Source of the DNA: Salpingoeca rosetta
Lineage: Eukaryota; Protista; Choanoflagellata
NCBI GenBank assembly: GCA_033442325.1
Contig: JAWQFM010000022.1
Span: forward strand, 477,230-541,229
Length of the DNA: 64,000 nucleotides
Reading direction: 5' to 3'
Part shown: positions 10,993 through 23,585 of the stretch, one piece after another
Position numbering within the stretch: the stretch's first letter is position 1
Layout: every line of letters begins with the position of its first letter
Made by a program: the position numbers and the translations under genes
Notes under the pieces: model-generated
Database searches by the model: none
Told to the model about the DNA's origin: nothing
The model's input: the letters and a program-made list of their open reading frames with translations, nothing else

Positions 10993-13900
10993 TCACAATT
11001 CATCCTCGGGAAGCACGTTGAGGTAGCCTTCTGCAATCGTGTCGGAGTCAGCAGCGTCGCTGTCACCATCATCATCATCATCGTCGCCGGGAAGGCCAGG
11101 TTGCGTGACCCACGCCAGGCTGGACCCGAAGAGGTCCTCGATTGTCTCGTACACCTCGTCATCAGGCATGCCCACCGTGGGGTCAACCGACTCTGTATCG
11201 GCGTAGAGCGGGTTCTCCAGCGCACGCGAGCTGGCGCTGTTTGCGGTGGCGCTGACACTGCTGCTCGCGTTGGTCGCTGCTTTGCGGGCGTTGCTGCTGC
11301 GTCGACCGGTTTTGGGGTCTGACCCGGCAACGACCGCGGCGTCCACGTCCGAAGCAGCGGAGAAACGGCGCGTGAACCCGGGCACAAGTGAGCCACGATG
11401 TGACACAACAACGTCACGTGGCGGGCCAGCCCTGTTGGTGTCCGCGCTGGATGGCCGGCGGCGGCGTAGCTCCTCCAGATCATAGTGCATGCTGGGCGCA
11501 ATGGAGGGCGTGCTTGGATGCCGTGAGCGGCGGCCTTTCATCATGCCCACATCCAGGCTCGTGTCACTGTTGTTGCTCGACAGGCGCGACCCGCGTCGAA
11601 AGTTGAGCAGCGAGAAGCCAGAGCTGCGCCGGCGCTTCTCTTGCTTCCCGCCCGTCTCGCTGTCGTGCGCAGGCGAAGAAGGGCGCCGTGGCGGTGCAAC
11701 GGAGGACGATGATGCTCGCGATGGCCGCTCCCCGCTGTCGCGACTGGCTGGGCGGGAGGCATCGAACATGCCAGCAAAGCCTGCTGGTGTGGACATCCCT
11801 CCCAAGCTGCTCGTGCTGGTGTGTGTGGTGCCCATGGCGTTCTTGTCCGGCATATCTTTGGTTGAAGCCACCTTCCACCCCGCTTGCTGATTGCCATCTT
11901 CCTCCGCATCGCCGACGCTTCTCGCCCTTTTTTTCTGCTTCTTCTTCTTCTTCAGCTTCTTCGTCTTGGTGGTGTTCTTTGAAGGTGGCAAGGCGTCGAG
12001 CTGCTGCGTGTCCTGTGGTTGCTGCTGCTGGCGGTGGTTCTTCTTCGCTTGCGGTTTCTTGTGTGTTGATGCTGTTCGAGGCTTGCGTTTCCGTCTTGCC
12101 CGCCGGCGCAGCGCAGCCAGCGCAATGAGGAGAATCACGATCAGAACAGAGTTGACAAGCGACACGAGCAGCCACACGTTGGCTGTGAGGTCAGCAGCGA
12201 TACCCGCGCTGGCATCGCTGTTGCCGCCACCGCCCATGCTGCTGGTGGTTGTGGTTGTGGTCGTGGTAGACGAAGAGGTTGTCGGTGGCTCGGTTGTCGT
12301 GGTCGTCGTTGTGGTTGTCGGTGGGCGCGTGGTGTATGTGTTCTGCAAAAGCGCCGTCAAGTTGCGCACGCGCAGCTGTTGCTGGCCCAGCTTGCTCTGC
12401 ACCTGCTGCAGATCCAGCGTGAGGTGCTCGTTCTCCCGCACCAGGTCATCCAGTGCGAGCACGGCTTGGTCAACCTTCATCCTCAGCGATTCGCTGCGCT
12501 GCACCGTGATGGGCGGAGCAAACTCAGCAGGGTCAGCAAAAGTGACAGCTGTCTCAGCCAGCTCAGCCACCATTGCCAGTACCGCAGTTGCGTTGATGGC
12601 TGAGCTGTTGTTCCCACTCCTGCTGTGTGGACCGTCAGCACCGGGCACCCAAACACTGCGACGCGTGCGATGGCGCCAGCCTGGTATCGAGTCACGATCT
12701 CCCATGTCAAGTGCGCGACGCCTGCGTGCTGGCGGCGGCAGAGACGATGGCATGGCCGAAGACACCATCGTCGTTGTGGCTGTGGCTGTGGCTGTGGCTG
12801 TAGGGGTATGATGCGTGCCATTTGCAGACATGTGCGTGCCATTTGCAGGCATGTGCGTGCTGTTGCCATGTGCTGTTGTTGTCGTTGGTGTTGTTGGCGG
12901 TGGCGGCACATCCACGTGGAAGCGCGAGAGCAAGTGCAAGCACGATGGCTGCAGCGGTGCACCGGAGAAGGACGCGTCAATGAGCGTGACGTTGGCTGCA
13001 CGGTCGTGAGCCAAGAGGCTGGAGCCATTGCTGACGTGCGCCAGAGTTGTGCTGTCGTCAAAGCGCTGCCACTGGTCTGGGTGCTGGAGAAAGTTTGCCA
13101 CCTTTGTCACGAGCGCGTCCGTGTGCGTGTGGGCGTCGGTGGGCGCACCCGCTTCGCCACTTGCACAGTAGAGCCACGCCACCGTCTCGCATGCCCCGGC
13201 TGTGCAGGGCACGTTGGGTGTGACGGCGAGTACAAACTCTGCCCCAAACACCTGGTTTTCCAAGTATGCAAGCGAGGTCTCGAGTTGCTGGTGCTCTGCT
13301 GCGGCCCGGACCTCCTCCGTCGCCAGCGCGTGTGTCAGGTTGGCCGCCTCTGCCTCGAGTGACACGCCCAGAGCTGCGTCGCTCGCGTTCAGGTGCCGCT
13401 CCAACGCCAACACGCGCCCATGAAGGTGCGCGTCCGATGCGCTCAGGGTGCTCACACTCGCGTTCCACGCTTCCGTGAGGAGTGCATCTTGGCTGGTGAG
13501 GCTGGCCCGGGCACCGGCCAAGTGCGAAGCCAGGCTCGCTTCCGCATCCACAGCACGCGTGTGCTCTGCTGCAGCTTGACTGGACGCAACCGAGAGCTGC
13601 TGGTGCGCGCGCGTGTCCTCTGCTGTCACAGCGGCCGCCAGGCTTGACTCCGCGCTCTGCGCTGACGCGTGCTGCTGCGAACCAACCGCACTCAGCTCGC
13701 CCTCATCCGCAACTGCAGAGGACACAACTGATGACAGCTGTGATGACAGCGCTGCCGTGTCCTGCTCAGCTTGCCGCACGTGCTGGCTAATGGCGGCGCT
13801 GTGAGTCGATTCCGTCTCCACTGTGGACACATCTACTGCATGCAGGCTTTGGCTCAGCTCACTGGCCGTTGACAAGGCACGCGCACGCTCCGAAGAGAGC

Positions 13901-16900
13901 GAAGACGCGAGTCCGGCACTGGCATCCACGCCGCGGCTGTGCTCAGAGGCGATGGCAGCGTCCATCGTGTTATGGTTCTGCTGTGCCGTCGACGCTTCAG
14001 CCGAAATGTCACGCTGCAGATCCTGTGCGGTGGCGGTGCGGGCATTGCCGATGCTGCTGGTCTCTTGGCTGAGCTCACTCGTGCGCCGGGAGCGGCGGGC
14101 TGTCTCGGCAGACAACGATGATTTCACGTCTGCGCGTGCGTTGGCGCTGCGTGACTGCTCGCTGGCAATTCGCGTTTGCAGAGAAGTTTCAGCTGCCGCT
14201 GCCTGCTGCTGCTGCGTGGCCACGGACGTTGACAGCACCGTGACCTTCTCGTGTGCTCTGCTCTGCTCCTTCCTGACAAGGGACGACAGGACAGCCTCCG
14301 CCGCACGGTTTGAAGCGCCAACACCGCTCACGCGTGCCTCCAGCGACTGCTCCGACGACAAGGCTGCAAGTCTGTCCGCGGCAATGGCACGGCTGACACT
14401 TTTCTCACGCTCAATGGCAGCAGATTCTGCAGAGGACAGGGACGTGACAAGCCCAAAGTTTGCCACGACCTTGCCTTGTTGGATGTCGGAGATGGTTTGC
14501 TGCATCTGGTGCGCCTGTGCTGCGTCCCTCTGCGCCTCTGCAGATATGGCAGAGGCCAGGCTGCCCTCCGCTGCCATGGCGGTGGCGGTGTTCTGTGACA
14601 GGTGCGACAGAAGCGACGAGGAGGTGCTGGTGACCCGCTGCTCCTGCTGTGACATGCTGGCTGCAAGGCTGGCGTGATGGGCGAGCGTGCTCGTCTCCAG
14701 TCCAGACAGGGAGGTGCTTAGGTCGCTGCGTGCGTCCGCAGCTCGTGTTGCTTCACTGGTAATCGCCTGTGACAGCCCGCTGTGCACATCGATGGCGCGG
14801 GAATGCTCAGCACCGACTGCCTGCAACAGGCTGGCTGCAGCCACCTGCTGTCTTGCTGCTTCCGTGCTGATTGTTTCCGCGAGCTCGTCCTCCTCACGCG
14901 TTGTGTTGGAGACAAGCACCGCCTGCTTCTGGGACAGCTGGGCAATGACAGAGGCAATCGACGCATGCGCGCGGCGGCCGGTCGACACAGCAGCACTCAG
15001 CTCACTGCCAATGCTCGCTGCAGCTTGTGCTGCACGATCTTCCTCTGAGAGCATGCTTGCAAGCAAGTTCGCGCGCGTGGCGTGTGCCCTTGCCGCTTCG
15101 CTGCTCAGCTGCACCCCAATGGCTGCTTGACTGGCGTTGGCTGCGCTTGCGTGGGAGCGAATGGCATCTGCGAGCGACGACGACGATGAACGAAGGCCTG
15201 CCTCAGCTGCCACTGCGCGTGACGTCTCCGACTGCATGGAGGCTTCCAGCACGCTGACGGCGGACGCTTCTCGTGCCGTCTCCTGCGACAGGAGCGATGC
15301 GAGGGCGGCGCGCCTCTGCGTCGCTGTTGAGGAGATTGTGTCGATAACCTGTTCCAGCGAAGCCTCACGCGACTGCGCAACAGTCACCCGGTTGCGTGCA
15401 CGGCGCTGCTGCGTGCTCGCCTGCGAACTGAGTTTGGACTCTGCGTCGAGAGCCAATGAGGTCTCCACGTCCAGTTCCATCGACAGCACCAGGCGCTGCT
15501 GGCGTATGCGGTTGCTGCCCGTCTGCACGGCGGCATCGAGCGCCGATTCAGCGGCAGCTAGTTCCGCTTGTGCGTCTGTCAGCAGTGTTTCCAGCGACTG
15601 GATGACAAACAGCTCCACATCGTCGCCTTTGGGGCCCACGGGACCAACATCGCCCTGTGCTCCTTTGTTGCCGGTTTCGCCCTTGATGCCCTGTGCCCCT
15701 TGCACGCCTTGCGGCCCAGGATCGCCCACAGGACCTGGCACAGTGCAGCGTGTACGTATACGTATGTGTGTGTGTATTTGTGAGTGTGAGTGTGAGTGTG
15801 TGTGTGTGAGTGTGAGTGTTTGTGTGTGTGTGTGTGTGTGAGTGTGAGAGAGAGAGTGTGTGTGGAAAAGTGAGATGGAAGCAATTGTCCTGACCACGAT
15901 GATGAAGGTTGTTTTGGTGTGGATGCGACCATGTGTGTGTAAGTGCGATACATGTGTGGTATCTCTCATTCACGCACACACACAAACACACACACACGCA
16001 CACATACACACACGCACACACACACACACACACACACTCTCTCTCTCTGCGCATGGTACCTCGAATTCCCTGTGGTCCTGGGTCGCCCTGTGGCCCCTGT
16101 TCGCCCTGTGGGCCTTGAGGCCCCTGCGGCCCCTGCGGCCCTTGAGGACCAGGATCGCCTGTCAAACAAGCCGCGTTGTGATCGTTGTTGTGAATATGGA
16201 GCCATGAAGGACAGCAGCAGTGATGGCATGTGTATCACACATACTCATGTGCAAATGAAGGAAAATGCGCGCCGATGTGTCAATCACACATACATACACC
16301 TGACACACACACATACATACACCTGAGACACACATATACATACACCTGACATACACACACACACACACACACAAGCACACACATACACACACCTGACACA
16401 CACACACACCTGACATACACACACCTTGTTCACCCTGCGGCCCCTGTGGTCCGGCATCGCCTTGGTCACCCTGGGCGCCCTGTGGCCCCTGTTCTCCCTG
16501 TGGCCCTTGATCCCCCTGCTCACCCTTGATCCCCTGAGGCCCCTGGGGTCCGGGTGCACCAGCGGGGCCCTGGTCACCCTGTACGCCTTGATCGCCCTTG
16601 GGGCCCTGCGGCCCTGGGTCGCCTGCAACCCCCTGTTGCCCCTGTGGTCCCTGTTCTCCCTGTGGCCCCTGCGGCCCTGGTGCGCCCACCTCCCCCTTTG
16701 CACCAGGTGCGCCTTGCTCGCCCACGTCGCCTTTGTCGCCCTGCGGTCCCGGTGCACCGTCATCGCCGTTCACTCCAGGCAGCCCTTGTGGCCCCTGTGG
16801 CCCCTGTGCACCCGCATCCCCCGTTGGGCCCTTTGCTCCTCTATTTCCTTGTGGGCCTTGAGGCGCTGTTGACATTTTTGGTTGCATCAGGGGCATGGTT

Positions 16901-17900
16901 GAAGGGAGGCAAGGGGACAGGCAGGACATGTTGCAAGTTGTGAGGTGGTGATGGAGGTGGGGTTGTTTGTTGTCACAGCAGTGCGTGGGGCCCTTACACG
17001 CGTGTGTGAGAGCGCACAGGTGGCAAGCATACGAACAATTGCATCCAAGCAATGAATCGAAGGCCACAAACCTGCAACGCATTGCCCGCCGTCCCAATAG
17101 TAGTTTGTCGAGCAGCCTGATAATGGAATGACAGTTGTGAATGTGTGCGTGTGCGTGTGTGTGTGCGCGTGCGTGTGTGTGTGTGTGTGTGTGTGCGTGT
17201 GCGTAAGTCCGTGTGCTTGTATTTACAGGACGAGGCAGAAAAGATAAAAAACGAAGCAGGCAAACGTGAAAATGTGCAGGCTCGTGCTGAAAGACATGGC
17301 GACGTGCAGACAGGCGCATGCATGTACATGTAAAATTAACGATCACTTACGGCACACGCGCCCGAATGAGTACTCGGAGTTGCCTTGGCACTCGACGTCG
17401 CACACAAAGAACGCAAACCTGGTTGTGCGTGTGCGTTCGTGCATGCGTGTGTGCGCGTGTGCGTGCGTGTGTGTGTGTGTGTGTGAGTGTGCGTCATGGG
17501 AGTTGACTCAAGTGTTAGTCTTGGCCGGAAGTTGGCATGCAAAGCCACAGATGAAGCAGGCATGCAAAGCCACACACAGTCACACAGAGTCACACACACA
17601 CACACACGCACACACGCACACGCACGCACGCACGCACACACACACACACAGAGCCACACAGTCAGCCCAGATGATGGCCAGACCTGCGGTCAGTGGAGCT
17701 GCTGTCGTATGCGGAGGAGATGCCGCGAATGGCCTTGCGGATGCCGGGGTCATAGTTGAGCGTGCCTTTCAGACTATTGATGTATGACGTCCAGCTGCAA
17801 GGTATTTTGGAGAGAGGAAAGCGAATGTGAGAGGAGGCAGTGGAGTAGGGCGCAGTGAAATGCTCATGTGAAATAAGCACGTTTGATGAACAAGAACGTG

Positions 17901-17937
<37 letters not shown>

Positions 17938-18943
17938 GTGCACAAAAGTACAAACACATACACACAAAAGTACAAACACAGAAAACATGTCCGCACCTGC
18001 AGCTACTTTGGTACGTGATGCCAGAGTTGAGCTTTCCGCAGGAAATGGACCAGACTCGATCCTGTCAGCGACAAGTAGGAAGAATGGGAACGTGAGGGAG
18101 GCAGTGCGGGTGGTCTTGGTTGTGCAACGCATTCCTTGAGATCAGTATGTTATATGACAAGACCTTCCAGTCAAAAGGCACCTCGTTTGTGTTGCTGTGG
18201 ACGCTTGCAAGTCCCGTCACAAAGGAGTCAACTGGCATAAAAGCAACGCAAGCAAGCAGAAGCAAACACATGATGAGGTTCGGTGAGGCATGATCCGGAG
18301 GACACACACGTGAGGGGGGGGGGGGAGTTGGAGAGAGGGACTGTCATGCAAATGTAGTGCAAACAAATGACGCAGCTGCGACTGTACGTGTGCATGACTA
18401 TGGCATAATAACTGAGCCACGCCCACAACATCGCACCCTTCTTCCCAGACCCACACAGAACGCCACCCCCTTTTCACACTAACCTGGGCATGTGTATGAG
18501 AAGGCTTGCTTGTAGTTGTTGAGAGAAGCCTCTGCTGTGTGCTTGAAGGACAAGCTTGCAGCTTCGCAGTGGAAGGCCCATTGTCGGTCGTGATTACTGT
18601 TGCTGTACACGGAGTAGACGCCTGTCAAAATGGTGTCCCCACCACACTCGAACGCCAGGTCGTTGTCAAAGTCGTTGAGATACCCCGTGAAGTCGGAGGG
18701 TTGTGCCGTTATTCGATGGATGCCGCAAGCAAGTACCAGAGCCATTAGCAGCCACACGATGCTGCGTCTGCTGCAGCATGTTCTGCAGCCTCGTGTTGTT
18801 GCTTGTAATCGTGTGTGCTGCTGATGTTGTTGTTGTTGTTGCTGTTGATGATGTGAGCGTGTTTTGTCTTCGTCCCGCACCACCGTCACCACAACGCACG
18901 GCGCCTCTGGGTGCCGGTGCGCGTGTTTGTGTTGCACTGCCAT
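10993..18943 (-). CDS. Paralogue A: dermatopontin-like head / EGF-like / collagen / coiled-coil stalk type-I membrane protein
   Basis: Hydrophobic leader [13 protein letters not shown]. Three dermatopontin-like repeats ([13 protein letters not shown]...HDRQWAFHC; SVHSNTNE|DRVWSISC; WTSYINS...TDRR|FAFFVC). EGF-like exon ~17072-17116. Collagen exons 16425-16865 and 16060-16158, last exon 10993-15734. Ser/Ala stalk, RRRR and RTRR sites, poly-Thr, TM ~12110-12178, tail with NPLY, YETI, YLNV. Start codon provisional. Confidence 0.85.
15653..16833 (-). repeat. Copy 1 of a ~1.1 kb near-identical inverted duplication (partner 56969-58038) covering collagen exons and two introns
   Basis: The reverse complement matches 56969-58038, including intron text such as catgccatcactgctgctgtccttcatggctccatattcacaacaacgatcacaacgcggcttgtttgacag. 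The ORF track shows the same spurious peptides ([31 protein letters not shown]; [28 protein letters not shown]) at both sites. Confidence 0.95.
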
Positions 18944-19382
18944 CACTGGCGCAACATGGGCAGAGCCGTGTACTTGAAGGAAGCAAGACCGGGCGGATGT
19001 AGGGAAGAAGGACAACGCGTGTGTGATTGTTCTGGGGCCGTGGAGTGCAGGCATCGAACCAAACACCACCACCACACACAAACCAAACACGCAAACAAAC
19101 AAACAAGAACACAGAAGACAGTCGGAGAAGAAGCGACGCGAAATGGCATGTTTGCGGAATATTCACAAATATCTTCAACCAAAAATCCGCAATTCAGGCG
19201 TTCGAGGCTGCAGCGAGTGTTTGGTGGCGAGCGAGTGTTTGAAATGGTGTGAGACGCTGCGAGCGCAGAGACAACAACCAACAGTGGTGGTGGTTGGTGG
19301 TGTTGTTGTCGATGGTGTTGGTGATGATGAAGCATAAGCCATGCCATGGCAAGAAACGAGCGAGAGGATCAATACATAAGCG

Positions 19383-20787
19383 CTACGCACTGAGGCTGCT
19401 GGTGTCATCCGTGACTTCAAGAGACAGCTTGGTGTTGCTTGGACTGGACACCTCGTCTGCATGGCCTTCGTCCTCTTGTTGCTCTGTTGATGACAACACC
19501 AGCAGGTGAGGGAGGGGGGAGAGGAAGGGAGTACATGTACGAACCCATGCTCGCACGCAGGCACACAGATAGACAGACACACATACACACACGCACGCAC
19601 ACCCGAACACACACACGAACACACATACACACGCACACACACAACACACACGCACACACACACACGCGCGCAGAGCTTGCATCGCTGTCCCTACCTGCGC
19701 CCTCGTCGCCGGCTTCTTCTGTAGTCTCTGCTGGCGTTGCCTCTGGCTCTTGTTTACCCTCCTCCTCCTCCTCCTCCTCCTCCTCCTTGTTCACTTCATC
19801 TCCTGCAGCCTGTGTATCAGCTTCCTTGCCAGCATCAGCCTCCTCCCGTGGTGTGGGCGTCTTTGCCGTGGCTTCTTCCTCCCCACCTTGCTCGCCAACT
19901 TCCCCCTCTTTGTCCTCCTTGTCCTTCTTTACCTCCTTGTCCTCCGCCTTTTCATCCTTTGCTTCCGTCTGCCCTTCCTGCTCGCCTTTGTCTGGTGTCG
20001 GTGTCACATCACCATCACGCTCGCCATGACGCTCAGCATCGCCATCTTCGTCATCGGCCACCTCTGCGTCGCCGCTTTCGCCCTGTTGTGTGTCCGGCAC
20101 CTCCGGTGTGGTGGTGGTCACCGTCGACACTGCGCTGTCAGCGACTGCATCATCAGGCGAGGGCGCTTCCTCTGACTGCTGCTGCTGCTCGGCAGCACGT
20201 TCTTCTTCGTCCTTGACTGCATTGGTTTCTTCTTCTTCTCCTTGGTGTTCTGCTGCCGCCGCTGGTCCTTCGGTTGTGTCGTCACCCGTGTCTGCTGCTG
20301 TCGCTGCGTCGTCTTCTGTCGTCTGTTGCTGTTGCTGCTCCTCCTCCGCAGCCTTCACGTCTTCCTGGTCGTGGCCCTCGGGCAGAGGGCACAGCGGGCA
20401 CTGTGCAAACAGGGAGACAGTGCTTGGGAACTGCTGTGTGACACTGGAGTACGTGAACACGGCCGTGGCCAACGGCAGGCCCTCGTAGGCCTTGAGCGCC
20501 TCGCGTCTGGCTGCATCGTCGGCCTCGCGCTGCTGTTGGATACGCTGCCGCTCTGCTTCGGCCTCCTGCGCCCTGCGCCTTTGCGCTTCTGCTTCCTCCG
20601 CCTGCTTCTTGGCGATGTAGCTGTTGATCTCGTCCTGCTTGGCCTGCTCCCTGTCACGCGCGTCGCATGCCTGGCGCAGCAGCGAGCTGATGTGGCGGAT
20701 TGGGTCCTCGGGCTGGTACTTGGCGACGTCGGCCATGGCACGCACCAGCATGTCGCCGACCGTCTCTCGGATAAACGCGGCTTCCAT
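19383..20787 (-). CDS. Dpy-30-motif (DYDC/RSP2-like) protein with coiled coil and long acidic tail; exons 19695-20787 and 19383-19483
   Basis: N-terminal FIRETVGDMLVRAMADVAKYQPEDPIRHISSLL matches the Dpy-30 dimerisation motif, followed by an E/Q/R coiled coil and a Glu-rich region. A GTAGGG donor and CAG acceptor join in frame. Confidence 0.75.
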
Positions 20788-21128
20788 CCCTGCAGTTGCC
20801 AAATCAAATCTGGCCAAGAGGTGGGCACGAGGCAAGACAAATAGACAGCACGTGGGATGCAGCCGAGAAAGATGACGCAACGAGCAAGCATGCATGCATG
20901 GAAACGGGCGGTGACATGAGCCAAAGTGAACAACAAAACAAGAGTATGCCAAAGCATGTATGCAAACAAAACAAACAAGAAGGGCAAACTTGCCAAGCAA
21001 GAGTCAACTCAAACAAAGCGCACTTGTTTGTCGTCAATGTCACGCACACATACACGTGCACACGAGTCGGCTGGTGTGCGGGAGACAAAACAGGGACGAA
21101 CACCACCACCACCACCACCACCACCACC

Positions 21129-21159
<31 letters not shown>

Positions 21160-21485
21160 CCAACACCAACACCAAGCGCACCTTGTTGTTGTTCCGTCTT
21201 TGAAGAAGAAGGGGAGGGCGCGTTTGGCGTTGTGAAGATGGAAAATTGAGGCAAAACGTTCGTCAATTGTCGGCTGTGCCAGCAGCCAGACGGGAGGACA
21301 AGCAAGCAAGAAGCAAGCGAGATGCTGCTGGTGGGTGTGTGCTCTTGTGTGTGTGTGCGTGTGTGTATGCTTTTGTATGTGTATGCTCTTGTGTGTGTGT
21401 GTGTATGCTCTTGTGTGTGTGTGCTTGTGCGGGTGTGTGTATGAGACTCAAGTGTGCATTGTGCCTCATTACCCACTGATGATGT

Positions 21486-22019
21486 ATGTCCTGCACCTTG
21501 CCCTGTTTCGTCGTGCCAATTGTGCAGGCAAGACTTGTACTGGTGCTGGTCGCCAGTCACTGCTTGTGCCCTGCTGTGGCGCAACCATCGCCCCCGAGTG
21601 GCTGGACAGACTACATCAACGAATACGACGAGGAACTGGACTTTACTTGCGCTCCAGGCAACGTCCTCTCTGGTCTCCTCAGCTACCACGAGTAAGCGCA
21701 GACAGAGGAGGCGTGTGTCTGTGTCTGTGTCTGTGTTGTGTTGTGTTTGTGTTGTGTTGTGTTGTGTTATTGCTGTGGTTGATGTTACCCACTTTTTGAC
21801 TGCCAAACGAACACAACACACACACATGCACACACGCACATACACACACACACACGCACCCACGCGCGCACTTTCACACCCATCCACAGCAACAATAAAG
21901 AGGATCGGCGGTGGGCATTCACGTGCAAAGAGGCGGAGCTGTTTGAGCATTGGGAGAGCGGATGGATCAACAACTTTGACGCGCCTGCAAGCATCACCTG
22001 CCCAAGTGCGTGCTCGCGC

Positions 22020-22051
<32 letters not shown>

Positions 22052-22633
22052 GAGCGCGCGCGCCTGTGAAATCCGCGCTGAATTGTCATGAACTTCGCCT
22101 GTCTTTGCCTGCGAATGTTTCAGCCAAACTTGTCTCTCATTGTTGCTCACTCGTTGCTTACTTCTTGTGCCACAGGCGGCTTTGCACTCACCGGCCTACG
22201 AAGCTACCACGACTCAAACAATGAGGTGAGCCTATGGAAGTCCAAGCCGTTCACCTTACACGCGTGTACCCATAGGATCCACGCACACATACACACACAG
22301 TGCATACATATACATACAGTGTACACATACAGATGCATGCACAGACAGAGTGTGCGTACGCCTTGTTTTGCTTGCAAGCAGCCGCTCACTGTCTCACCCT
22401 GATGCGTGTGCTTGTTTGCGCTTACAGGACCGGAGATCGCAGGCCCGTTGCCAGCGGTTCACCAGCCCGCTCGCATATGAGACATCGTGCGCGTGGACGA
22501 ACTACATCAACACCTTTGATGACCCCCTCTCTTGGTCCGTTTCTTCCACCCGCGTCATTCGTGGGTTTGGCTCCTACCACAGCAACAACAAGTATGTCAC
22601 ATGCGCTTGCGCTGTGTGTGTGTATGTGTGTGT

Positions 22634-22724
<91 letters not shown>

Positions 22725-23507
22725 CTGCATATTCATGTGCAAGTTTGCACCGTACCGCCTCACTCCACCCCGCCACTGCCGTCACACCACCACCCCGCCA
22801 CTGCCGTCACACCACCACCCCGCCACTGCCGTCACACCACCACCCCGCCACTGCCGTCACACCACCACCCCGCCACTGCCGTCACACCACCACCCCGCCA
22901 CTGCCGTCACACCACCACCCCGCCACTGCCGTCACACCACCACCCCGCCACTGCCGTCACACCACCACCCCGCCACTGCCGTCACAATGCAGCGAGGATC
23001 GACGGTTCAAATTCCTGCACTGCGGCGTTTCCTGCTTCCAACCGGCCGTGCAGTCCGATGCACAATGCGGTGAGTACCCATCCATCCCCCTCATATCCTC
23101 TTCTTCGGCACCTTGCCATCCAAACACTCATGTTGTCGTTGTTGTTGTTGTTGTTGTTGTCGTCGTTGTTGTTGTTGTTGTCGTTGTTGTCGTTGTTATC
23201 GTGCAACACGAGTGTTTGGTGTGGTGATACGCTGACTCAAGTCCCCTCGCTGCGTGCATTGCTGCTGTGCTTTTGTGTCGCGCTCATGCCTTCTTCCCGT
23301 CTCCTGCCGTCTTGATCACTCACTGCCTGTAATCAGAATGCACCTCCGACTACTTCAAGAACCACGGAACGTGCCAGCAAAGTGAGTGAATGTGTGAGTG
23401 AGAGTGTGAGTATGTGAGGTTGGACATGTTATGTGCTTGTGTGTGATATGATAACTTGTACGTCGCACTTGTGTCACTATGCATCCTGTCACTGCGTTCC
23501 CCCCACC

Positions 23508-23585
<78 letters not shown>

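Noticed and set aside
13300-15600. Phage tail-fibre or bacterial autotransporter origin suggested by the stalk repeats
   Set aside because: The stalk is embedded in intron-containing eukaryotic genes with no phage or beta-barrel context; the resemblance can be explained by trimeric coiled-coil composition.
22766-22986. Possible CRISPR array
   Set aside because: Head-to-tail identical units with no unique spacers, in a eukaryotic intron, with no cas genes nearby.
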